This document shows positions 1 to 10,222 of a DNA stretch of 64,000 nucleotides, piece after piece (within the stretch, counting starts at the first letter, position 1; each line of letters opens with the position of its first letter). Source of the stretch: Raja brachyura (lineage: Eukaryota); NCBI GenBank assembly GCA_963514005.1, contig OY740784.1, positions 12,338,001 through 12,402,000 of the forward strand, written 5' to 3'. The notes below the pieces were generated by a model. That model worked only from the letters and a program-made list of their open reading frames with translations. It was not told the origin of the DNA and did no database searches. The position numbers were made by a program, and so were the translations under genes.

Positions 1-230
1 TGAACATGATGCCGTTAAACTAATTGCCTCTCTCTGCACATGATTCATATCATTCTATTGCTTCCATATCTACATGCCTGTCGAAAGTCTCTTAAATGAT
101 ACTATCATATCTGCCTCCACCACCTTCCCTGGCAGCTCATTCCAGGCACCCACTACTCTCTGTGTAGAAAATGTCTCTCACACATTTCCTTTAAACTTTG
201 CACTGCTCAGTTTAAAACTATGCCCTTGGA
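1..230 (-). mobile_element. CR1 LINE 3' fragment
   Basis: Reverse complement of the CR1 ORF2 C-terminal region (RVVGAWNELPGKVVEA-type motif) seen in other copies in the window. Confidence 0.7.
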
Positions 231-439
231 ACCTTGCGTCCAATTCATGGGTGTTCGACACGTTATTATTCAACCTTTTGCATCTCCACAAATAGTCTGC
301 TCGTTATTCTTTCAGCACTAATTTCTCGCTGTTCTACATTTTGCATTGTCCGTGGTCCAGGCTTGCAATAGAAATACTGGAGAGGTTCTTAGTGCTTACT
401 CTTTTGAAGAATAAATCAGACAACAATTTTCTAACCAGT

Positions 440-585
440 TCCTGATTTGTACGGGTGTCAGGGGTTATGAGGAGCACGTGGGAGAATGGGGTTAGGAGGG
501 AGTGAGAGATCAGCCACGATTGAATGGCGGAATAGATTTGATGGGCTTAATGGCCTATTTCTGCTCCTTTCTCATGATCATATGA
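440..585 (+). mobile_element. CR1 LINE 3' end fragment
   Basis: Tail 'gatcagccacgattgaatggcgg...aatggcctatttctgctcct' resembles the CR1 tail at 21935-22005. A similar fragment lies at about 1065-1265. Confidence 0.65.
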
Positions 586-734
586 TCTAATAACCCCACT
601 CTTGCAGAAATGAGGAGGGTGTCATCCTCCTCCTCCTTCTCAGCAAGGTTTGATGGAACAGCACCTCAGCAAAAGTCAGTGGTGTGCAATATACTTTGAA
701 GGAAGAGCCAGAAATCATTTCCAAGTGATTAACA

Positions 735-1060
735 AGGAACTGCAGGTGCTGGAAAATCCAAGGTAGACAAAAGTGCTGGAGAAACTCAGCGGGTGCGGCA
801 GCATCTATGCAGCGAGGGAAATAGGCGAGGAAGAGGAGGGGCCAGAAGGCTGAGGGAGAGCTGAGGAGACAATAAGAGTTACCGGAAATTAGAGAAGTCA
901 ATGTTCTTGCCGTTGGGGTGTAAACTGCCCAAGCGGAATACGAGGTGCTGCTCCTCCAATTTCCGGTGGTGTTCACTCTGGCCATGGAAGAGACCGAGGA
1001 CAGAAAGGTCGGATTCAGAATGGGAGGGGGAGTTGAAGTGCTGAGCCACAGGGAGATGAC
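735..1060 (-). mobile_element. Penelope-like element fragment (terminal repeat plus GIY-YIG C-terminal coding remnant)
   Basis: 'aaggaactgcaggtgctggaaaatcc...' terminal repeat followed by the reverse complement of VAQHFNSPSHSESDLSVLGL...EEQHLVFRLGSLHPNG, homologous to 25325-25485. Confidence 0.75.
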
Positions 1061-2021
1061 AAGTGAAATGGCTGTGGAGACCGGCAGATATATATTTCTA
1101 AGGCGGAGATTAACAGACTCTTGATTAGTGCGGGTATCAGGGATTATAGGGGCGAAGGCAGGAGAATGGGGTTCAGAAGGAACGATAGATTAGCCATGAT
1201 TGAATGCCGGAGTAGAATGGGCGCTGGATGGCCTAATTCTGCCCTTATCACTTATTAACTTACGAAGTAGTGCTTCTCAAATCTGATTATTAAACATACT
1301 AAAAATATCAACGCTGGGTTATGTGGCTCAGATATATAAAGCTTCAAATGCTAAAGTTCAAGAAGAAAGTTTCTGTTCGGATTGCCAATTAGTCTTAACA
1401 TAATAATATTTTTGTTATTTCATATGCATGTAATTATGACGGAGATATTACATAACCACTTGGAAATATACAGACTTTGTCCATGTCCAAGATAACAGCC
1501 GAGGAGACTCATCAGAGTGTGACAATTGTATTTCATTTTAAAAGCAGTTGTGGGTTCGTTGCCTGCAGAGTCAGAAGGTCCTGGCTCAAATGTAACTAGA
1601 TATACGAGAACAAAAACTTGGGTTGACAGAGTGTAGAAGTGAATGAGGCCTTGCCTGCTCTTGCAGGTAGAACTAGAAGATTCCACAGCACTATTTCAAA
1701 GAGAAGCACGTATATTAATTCCATCTGGTGCTTTTTCAGAGTAATACACTTTCTGTGTATGCAAACTAGTTGCTGCCTCTGCACTGCATCAGTATCATTA
1801 TCACAGATACGAGAGGTTAACTTGCAAGTTAAACTAACAAAGTGCTTTATTTAAACAAATAACTTAAGAGAGACAAATATCATTGTTCTATTTACCTCTT
1901 TAACACAGATAGCAGACAGTTTCCTTTATCACCTCATTGTTTTGCAAAATATACACAAGTTCTGTTAGTCGCATGCTATATACTCCTATGACCATCTCCC
2001 AGCCATCTACAGTGTAGTCTT

Positions 2022-2112
2022 AAAGATAGACACAAAATGCTGGAGTAACTCAGAACAGGCAGCATCACTGGTAGGAATGGGTGACGTTTCAGGTCGAGAC
2101 CCTTCTTCAGAC
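2022..2112 (-). mobile_element. Penelope terminal-repeat fragment with hammerhead core
   Basis: Minus strand reads GTCTGAAGAAGGGTCTCGACCTGAAACGTCACC at about 2080-2112. Confidence 0.7.
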
Positions 2113-2424
2113 AAGACATCTGATTAGTCTCGTTTGTCATTAGTATCAACTGCACTGCCTCAGGTTTAGGTTTATTAATATCAAGCGTACTGAGGTACAA
2201 TGAAAAGCTTTGTTTTACATTCAATCCAAACAGATAATATACTATACATAAATAGAATCAAGCCAAACTCAAACACAACAGGTAGAACAAAGGGAAAGAT
2301 ACAGAGTGCGTAGTTTCATTCTGAGCATTGCCGACACCTGTTCCATAGCCAAAGTCCAATGTCTGTAATGGGGTGGAGATGAATCGAGTAGTACACTTCC
2401 AAAACAAGTTGAAATGTCACATGG

Positions 2425-2631
2425 GTTACACAAAAAGCTGGAGAAACTCAGCGGGTGCAGCAGCATCTAAGGAGCGAAGGAGATAGGCGATGTTTCGGGT
2501 CTGAAGAAGGGTCTTGACCCGAAACGTCGCCTATCTCCTTTGCTCCTTAGATGCTGCTGCACCCGCTGAGTTTCTCCAGCTTTTTGTGTAATCCTCGATT
2601 CTCCAGCATCTGCAGTTGCTTCTTTAACACT
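2425..2631. mobile_element. Fold-back Penelope terminal-repeat insertion with 16-bp TSD
   Basis: Inverted arms of about 75 bp surround a hammerhead core. TTGAAATGTCACATGG is duplicated at 2409-2424 and 2632-2647. Confidence 0.85.
2497..2532 (+). ncRNA. Minimal type I hammerhead ribozyme motif (Penelope-associated)
   Basis: CTGAAGA (2501-2507), extra A, stem II GGGTC-TT-GACCC, GAAAC, GTC cleavage triplet (2526-2528). Flanks GGT/GCC can form a short stem I. Activity is not established. Confidence 0.65.
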
Positions 2632-2840
2632 TTGAAATGTCACATGGTTGGCCTTGCACCACCAATATTCCAAATCTGACCCAGCTCTTTCTCTTTATAT
2701 CTACTCCATGGACATTCCGGGCATTGTTTATATAAACTATTTTCCAATCCACATCGCACCTTCTCCCGATCACGTAGAATGCCTTTTCACCAACTCATAT
2801 TGCCGTCCAGTATTCTTGCAACAACAACAACTATACTTAA

Positions 2841-2960
2841 GGGCCTGTCCCACTTGGCCATCATTTACGCGACAGGCCGCGATGGTCACGCAACTGTCGC
2901 GCGCGTCATCATGCGCCTTCATCCGTCAGCATGGCCGTCTGGAGCACGTGACGTCATTTG
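2841..2960. mobile_element. PIF/Harbinger-like MITE, left end only
   Basis: TTA followed by AGGGCCTGTCCCACTT, the same terminus as the complete copies. Confidence 0.65.
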
Positions 2961-3124
2961 AATACCCAGTTTATGATATTTACCCAGTTTATGATATTTA
3001 TGGTGATTTTCTAAAATGTTCCTGTTTCTTGAGTGGTGCTAGCAATTGGAAAACTGCAGATGTAATGCCCTTATTCAAAGAAAATAGGTGAATGAAAAGT
3101 AGCAAGCTGCAGACCAAATTAATC

Positions 3125-3350
3125 TGTAGGAAGGAACTGCAGATGCTGGTTTAAATTGAAGATAGACACAAAATGCTGGAGTAACTCAGCGGGCCAGGCA
3201 GCATCTTTGGAGAGAAGGAATGGATGATGTTTCGGGTCGAGAAGGGTCTTGAAGAAGGGTCTGAAGAAGGGTCTTGACCCGAAGCGTCACCCATTGCTTC
3301 TCTCCAGAGAAGCTGCCGGTCCCGCTGAGTTACTCCAGCATTTTGTATCA
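3125..3350. mobile_element. Fold-back Penelope terminal-repeat pair
   Basis: Minus copy followed by plus copy. The junction has a stuttered 'gaagggtct' unit three times, and the hammerhead core is mutated (GAAG instead of GAAA). Confidence 0.75.
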
Positions 3351-3569
3351 CTTATCTGGTTTGCTCTTCCATTTCTACCCAATGCACCCCTTCTCATGTA
3401 ATTCGTTCATCCAGCTGTTGGAGATACAACATTTGTCTTTTTAACCTCTTCCATACCCACAATCCAGGGACCCAAGCAGACATTGCATGTGAAGCATTAA
3501 TTCACTTTTGCACTTTCCGGTTTAGTATATTTTGGTGTTCACCACGTAGCTTTCTCTACAAAACTGTGC

Positions 3570-3935
3570 AATGTTAAAAAATGCGTGCGCTTATATCCAT
3601 GACGTGTAAAAGGCGGGCCAACTGCATATGGGCGGCGCGCGGCAGCGCACAGTTACGTGCGGTGACGTAATCATGTGTCACCGCGCACTACACGTACGAG
3701 GTCAGAGCGTAAGCGCGGGACCGCAATATGTATGCGATACGTCACGCCGGAGGCGTGCAAAGATTTTGTGGAACTACAAAATCCTGGAGTGCCGTGCGAT
3801 ACCGCGTGAAACTCCATGCCCCTCCGTGCTTCTCCATGCGACCGTCCCATGCCACCACACGCTACCCGTGCGTCTCAATGCGACGATGAGATCACGTAAA
3901 TGGCGCGCAAATGACGGCCAAGTGGGACAGGCCCT
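3570..3935. mobile_element. PIF/Harbinger-like MITE (right TIR) inserted in a decayed Penelope fragment (about 3370-4020)
   Basis: Ends AAGTGGGACAGGCCCT+TTA with a CpG-rich interior. The flanks resemble the Penelope coding region at 25080-25330. Confidence 0.65.
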
Positions 3936-4373
3936 TTACTCCTGTTGGCTACCCAACATTTCCAGCCTGGTTTTGGACATCTGTAGAGCTTTCCATGTCT
4001 GTATACACTTTTCATGAGATACTTCTGGCTCCTGAAGTGGCTGGACCAACAGCCACCAAAAACAATCCAAAATCCATGCAACTGCAGTAATCTGACAACA
4101 ATGCCATGAATGAAGTATTGCAACGTTCTCTCTTGATTGCAAGGCTTAACCTCCATTTCTAGAGGGTCACATGGCAGTTGTAATGCATTCAATGGATTAT
4201 TTAAGGATTTGTTTTTGAGGGCTTTGTGGTACAGTACAATTGCCTGCTCTTGAGAGCAATGAGATTCAATAGCATGATTACTTTCAGCTGGTCCAGTTAT
4301 TTTATAGATCCAGCTCGATATAAAGTGGTCAAATTTTCACTCCAATGTCTACATTCTTTATGCAGGTTACTTA

Positions 4374-4779
4374 AGGGCCTGTCCCACTTTCACGACTTAA
4401 TTCAAAACTTCTGCCCTAAAAAAAAAATCAAGATCGTGGTAATCTATGAACTCCTACGACCTTCCACGATTATGTTCACGAACTACTACGAACTCCTACG
4501 AGTAAGTCTACGAATTCCCACGACTATTTCGATGCCCTCCTTATGAGTAAAAAGTTGCAATTTCTTTCATCCCGACCATTTTTTAAACTCGTGGACATTT
4601 TTTATCGGGCTGGAAAAAACGTCCCAACTTACCTGATGCCACGAGTACCTACGGCTATAACGGGCCGCTAGGATATATCTACGACCTCCTATGGAATCGT
4701 CACAAACATTCTGCGAGTTTGAATCACGGGGAAAACTCGGGAGAATTCGTGAATAACTCGTGAAAGTGGGAAGGGCCCT
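4374..4779. mobile_element. PIF/Harbinger-like MITE
   Basis: TIRs AGGGCCTGTCCCACTTTCACGA and TCGTGAAAGTGGGAAGGGCCCT. TTA TSD at 4371-4373 and 4780-4782. Confidence 0.85.
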
Positions 4780-6169
4780 TTAGCCAGAGATCCAGCTTCT
4801 TGGCCGGCTTAATATGTTCAATGATACTCTGAATTGAATCAACCAGCACGTCCACGTGTTTCATTAGTTATCAGGGGTGCAGGCACAACATCTAAACGTC
4901 ATAACTTTACCAACCAGCACTTCTGACACCACGCATCCTTAGAGAGTGATAAGTTAAACCAACAAAGTGCTTCCCGAAGCAAAAGTACAGAGGTAAATAT
5001 TATTTATCCACTATGTGAAGCCCGCACACAGACAGGCAGGCAGCTTTTCTACAGGGAGACAGACTTTCTGGAACCTTTCTCTCAAAACACTACTGCAATA
5101 GACCAGCTCTGCCATTTAGGACTGAAATGTTGAGACGGGCTGTAATCCTTAAAGGAGTCCACACCCAAAATTACTGGAGCTATGTATTTTCTGATTACAC
5201 TTGAGTATTTCACTCATTAAATAGTACTTTGGGTCATTCGGAAAAGGCAATCACTGAAAAATGCAAAACAAATACAACTTTATACAAATTGTCACGTTGA
5301 TCGACATGACCGGCATGTATGAAATTCCCTTGTAATATTCCGAAACCACCAATGCCATTTCACAAAAATGGTTTTGATTGTGCAGAATAGTTTTTATTTG
5401 TATTTTCTGACTCTTTATACTTTGGACGCAGCAGCAATATCACTTCTGATTATGGAGTTAGTTATTGTCCTCAGCATGAGTTTGTATAATCAGTTTAGAT
5501 AGTACTTTGGGTTTTTGTTTTCTCAGTTCAGCACACAACCTGGTGTTACAGGTTTCAATGAAGTTCGCCAGGTATATAATTCAGAGAGCATGCAAGCCAT
5601 GCTTTTGCAGTAGGAGCAATTCCTGGAAGTACATGCATGCACAAGTGCTGCAACTCCGCTATGAATAGACTGCAAGCTGAATGAGAGCTAAATACTGCTT
5701 TTAGCACATTCCCACCCCCAGGACATGGTGCTGAGGGACTCGCTGAAATTGGTGCTGGTGCCACAAGGGCTCTCTGGCAAAGTGCAAGCAAGAGTAAACC
5801 ACAGGGCTCTTTGAGCCTGGTCCACTCTTGAGTAAGATCATGCAGGATTTGATCCTGGTATCAGCTCGACCTTTATGCCTTCTCTCTGCAATGTTTGACT
5901 CCCATGTCGTTGAATAATCTGTCAGCCTTAGACTCAACTATTTTCAATGATTCAGCATTTACAGTTCTCTAAGGTGGAGAATATCAAAGAATGATGACCA
6001 TGAGGTAATTCCTCTTCATCTCCAAGTTAAATGGGTGACATTTTGGTCGAAAACTGCAACCTCCATCATCCCTTTCCTGTCCTGGTCTAGATTTCTTTAT
6101 GAAAAAAAACAGACATCTAATATGTTTTAATAACGTCTAATTTTTCTAAATTTCAACGAACAATGGTCA

Positions 6170-6886
6170 AGGGGCTGTCCCACTGCAGCGACCTAATTGG
6201 CGAGTTTAGAAGAGTTTGAAAAAGTGTCATGTTGAAGACCTCCTTCGACTATGTAGAAGACCTACTTCGACCTCCTTCGACTATGTTGAAGAGTATCTAC
6301 GACTACCTTCAACTACCTTTGATTACCTTCAACTACCCTCGATTACCTACGACTAACATGCCGACCTACTACAACCTACTTCGACTAAACCTACGAGTAA
6401 AAAAAGTATTGATTTTTTCCATGGCGACCTTTTTTTACTTGCGGGCATTTTTCAACATGTTGAAAAATACGCCACAACCTAGCTGAGGCCTCGAGTACGC
6501 GGGGAATAGCCTCAAGCACGAAGGAGAGTTCCAAAGACCTCCTGGGACCCAAGGATCATTTTTCACACAGAGAGTGGTAAATCTGTGGAATTCTCTGCCA
6601 CGGAAGGTAGTTGAGGCCAGTTCATTGGCTATATTTAAGAGGGAGTTAGATGTGGCCCTTGTGGCTAAAATCAGGGGGTATGGAGAGAAGGCAGGTATGG
6701 GATACTGAGTTGGATGATTAGCCATGGTCATATTGAATGGTGGTGCAGGCATCGAAGGGCCGAATGGCCTACTCCTGCACCTATTTTCTATGTTTCTCTG
6801 ACCTCATGTCAACCATGCCTCGAGTATGAGTCGAGGGCAAAGTCGCCTGAACTCGCGGATTAGGTTGCCACAGTGGGACAGCCCCT
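6170..6886. mobile_element. PIF/Harbinger-like MITE containing a CR1 3' fragment (about 6550-6800, +)
   Basis: TIRs AGGGGCTGTCCCACTG and CAGTGGGACAGCCCCT, flanked by TCA/TTA. The internal CR1 tail is nearly identical to 21775-22020. Confidence 0.85.
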
Positions 6887-7202
6887 TTAGATTTCACAAG
6901 CTTTTCATTCAAGGAATCAGCCTAATGTACTTCCTCTGAACCATCAGCTCTGTAAGTGTATCTTCTAATTAAATAAGGAAACTAAAACAATATACAGTGC
7001 TCCAGCTACGGTACTTCAAGTCAATCATAGTGTGTTCTCAACTACACATAACTGAGCCGATCAGTGTGCACCGTTGCTAGTTTTATAAATTATATTTATT
7101 TGTGTGAAAAATCTTGAATTTACCCACAAACTAATAAGGGCTTGGTGTGATAGGTGTCAAACAGCCTTTCTGTCAAATTTTGACAGAAAGGCTGTCAAAG
7201 AG

Positions 7203-8118
7203 AGCCCCCTCCTCTACTCCCTCTTCACCTGTGACTGCACACCTGTACATGGTACTAACACCATCATCAAGTATGCAGATGATACAACGGTGATTGGCCT
7301 CATCAGCAACAACGATGAGTCGGCCTACAGGGAGGAGGTCCAGCACTTAGCAGCATGGTGCGCTGACAACAACCTGGCCCTTAACTCCAAGAAGACCAAG
7401 GAGCTCATTGTAGACTTCAGGAAGTCCAGGGGCGGCACGCACACCCCCATCCACATCAACGGTACGGATGTGGAACGCGTTTCTAGCTTCAGGTTCCTGG
7501 GAGTCAACCTCTCCGACGACCTCTCTTGGACCCACAATACCTCAACTCTGATCAAGAAGGCTCACCAGCGTCTCTTCTTCCTGAGGAGACTGAAAAAGGT
7601 CCATCTGTCTCCTCAGATCCTGGTGAACTTCTACCGCTGCACCATCGAGAGCATCCTTACCAACTGCATCACAGTTTGGTATGGCAACTGCTCTGTCTCC
7701 GACCGGAAGGCATTGCAGAGGGTGGTGAAAATTGCCCAACGCATCACCGGTTCCTCGCTCCCCTCCATTGAGTCTGTCCAAAGCAAGCGTTGTCTGCGGA
7801 GGGCGCTCAGCATCGCCAAGGACCTCTCTCACCCCAACCATGGACTGTTTACCCTCCTACCATCCGGGAGGCGCTACAGGTCTCTCCGTTGCCGAACCAG
7901 CAGGTCCAGGAACAGCTTCTTTCCAGCGGCTGTCACGCTACTCAACAACGTACCTCGGTGACTGCCAATCACCCCCCCCCCCCCCCCCGGACACTTATTT
8001 TTATTTATTCAAATCATTTGCTGTTTCGCTCTTCCAGGGAGATGCTAAATGCATTTCGTTGTCTCTGTACTGTACACTGACAATGACAATTAAAATTGAA
8101 TTTGAATCTGAATCTGAA
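7203..8118 (+). mobile_element. Rex1/Babar-like LINE, 5'-truncated, RT C-terminal ORF intact
   Basis: ORF 7104..7961 contains SPLLYSLFT, KYADDTTVIGLI, KTKELIVDFRK and AHQRLFFLRRLKK. The 3' tail is a (GAATCT)-like microsatellite. Confidence 0.9.
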
Positions 8119-8336
8119 ATTTTACGTTTTCTTCACTTATTTTTTCTGTTTTACCTGTACTTTCTTTTGTTCTCTTGCTTTTTGGATATGATGCTATTTT
8201 AATCAAAATATTTTGATAGAGTTTCTGATTTAGATCCTGCACCCCACCACCTTCCTTCTTTTTATTCATTCAAAGGATGTGAGCTTTGCTGGCAATGGTC
8301 ACCTTTGTATTTAAATTTATTAAGAACATTCAAATC

Positions 8337-8632
8337 AGGGTGGCACAGTGGTAGAGTTGTTGCCTTACAGCACATGCTGCGCCAGAGACACGGGTTCGAT
8401 CCCGAGTATGGCTGCTATCTGTACGCAGTTTGTACTTTCTCCCCGTTACTGCGTGGGTTTTCTCCGAGATCTTCGGTTTCCTCACACACTTCAAAGATGA
8501 ACAGGTTTGTCAGTTAATTGGCTTGGTATAAGTGTAAATGTCCCTAGTGTGTGTGTGTAGGATAGTGTTAGTGTGCGGGGATCGCTGGTCGATGCGGACT
8601 CGGTGGGCTAAAGGGCATGTTTCTAAACTAAA
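8337..8632 (+). mobile_element. tRNA-derived SINE
   Basis: Box A-like TGGCACAGTGG and box B GGTTCGATCC, with a CR1-like 3' end and (CTAAA) tail. Related copies at about 22760-22900 (+), 26205-26527 (-), 47330-47580 (+) and 56497-56642 (+). Confidence 0.8.
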
Positions 8633-9819
8633 TTCAAGTTACGCTACTTTGCACATTGCTCCAGTTGGCATGATGCATTTTCATTGTTGAATACACAAGC
8701 CGCAGGTCCTTCACTGGGGGCTCTTACAGTATGCAATGTTCGGCTAATTACCTTACAATATGACATATCTCTCGAGGCAATTCTAAAGTAAGAATGTCAT
8801 GAATTACTATGCTAACTGCAAAGTGATAGTTACTGTCTGCACAATGATGGTTCCCGGTTCCATCCTTTTCACCTGACCTTGCTTGCCTAATTACTTGTCC
8901 ATCATTTAGCTCAGTGGCAGCTATAATTTCCTTTCCACTGGTTTCAGAACCCCTATGTCAAAGACTTCATGCCAATGCCAAAACTTGTTTCTTGAGAGCT
9001 TCTTTGACTATCCTTACTGACCTTTGGGCTGCGCCATTAGATGCCGGATGGTAAGTTGGCACGAAGGTATGCTTGATTGTCCTATCTGGGACACATGACC
9101 ATAAACTCTCTCTTGATATCATTTAGCTTCATGAAACGCTATGTGCCCCTGCCACTATCATTTGCACTAATGTTTCGGGTCGGACCAGACAGCTGGTAAT
9201 CTCTGAACCTTTTCAAAACTTTACGATAGCATTTCTTTTATGCTACAGAAAACATGAAGTTCTGTTCCAATGTGCTAGTGGTTCACGCCAAACACAGAAC
9301 TACATTCAACAATGCTCCCTATCTTGGTTTGCATTCCAAGGCTGCCCTGGGTTCCCTTGCCTATCAACATATTTTCTAATATATGCTCAGTTCTGCAGAA
9401 TTAATTTTCCCCCCTACTTCTCCTCCCTCTTCAACAAATTAGGTACAACAAATCCTCCATATTATTATTTTTATCTACAAATTTGATGCAGAACGTTGCA
9501 ACACAGGTTACTTGATTGAAACATCTGTACAAAAGGTCAATGATGATGTTTAAAATACCCTTGGCATAATTGCAGGACCTGTGTTAGTTATTTCTGACGT
9601 ACCAATTTGTCCATTTTTAAATATCCCAAAAGGTGACCATCATCCATCAAGCATTTTCCCATCTTTGAATTCTTTACTCACTGCCCTGTTTTGTTTTAAG
9701 TATTGTGATTACAAAAAACACCTATTTTGATGCAGCATGCTTACCAATGTTTATTTACACTTTAAAAACACCTATTAACTCAATGCAAAATTACTGCCCT
9801 GTAGTTATTGTTCCTGGCA

Positions 9820-10075
9820 CATTTAAAAGATTTAATAGGAATCTGAGGGGTAACTTTTTCAAACAAATGGTGCTGGGTGTATGGATCAAGCTGACAGACG
9901 AGGTAGTTGAGGCTGGGACTATCCCATCGTTGAAGAGACAGTTAGACAGGTACATGGATAGGACAACTTTGGAACGATATGGATCAAGCGCAGGCAGATG
10001 GGATTAGTTTAGCTGGGACATGTTGGCCAATGTGGGCACGTTGGGCCTCAGGGCCTGTTTTCACTCTGGGACTCT
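9820..10075 (+). mobile_element. CR1 LINE 3' fragment
   Basis: RFNRNLRGNFF...VVEAGTI...QLDRYMDR motif in ORF 9705..10007. Confidence 0.75.
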
Positions 10076-10111
10076 TTAATAAAATTTGAAGAATGAGAAT
10101 GATGTGCTTAC

Positions 10112-10177
10112 CTTATTTGCCCCGGTGACGAATTGCTTGCTGCTTGATCTGCTAAACTGTGGGTGAAGAGCCACTAT
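10112..10177 (-). CDS. VPS41: VPS41 coding exon, IVALHPQFSRSSSKQFVTGANK
   Basis: Matches human IIAVHPHFVRSSCKQFVTGGKK. T-rich tract plus TAG acceptor at 10178-10180, GTAAGC donor, 66 bp. The next exon was not found in 1-10111. Confidence 0.94.
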
Positions 10178-10222
10178 CTAGAATATAAATAAAAACAAAA
10201 TCCAACTGAGAATTGCTTCACA

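Noticed and set aside
7104-7961. 285-aa ORF as a host gene
   Set aside because: It is the RT C-terminus of a 5'-truncated Rex1-like LINE. The first about 33 codons are flanking DNA with a GTG start.
8337-8410. tRNA gene
   Set aside because: The A/B boxes are the head of a SINE. No convincing cloverleaf is present and the sequence continues into SINE body and tail.
1-10111. Next VPS41 exon (LLLFERSW...-like)
   Set aside because: No matching translation with splice sites was seen. It probably lies beyond the left edge of the window.
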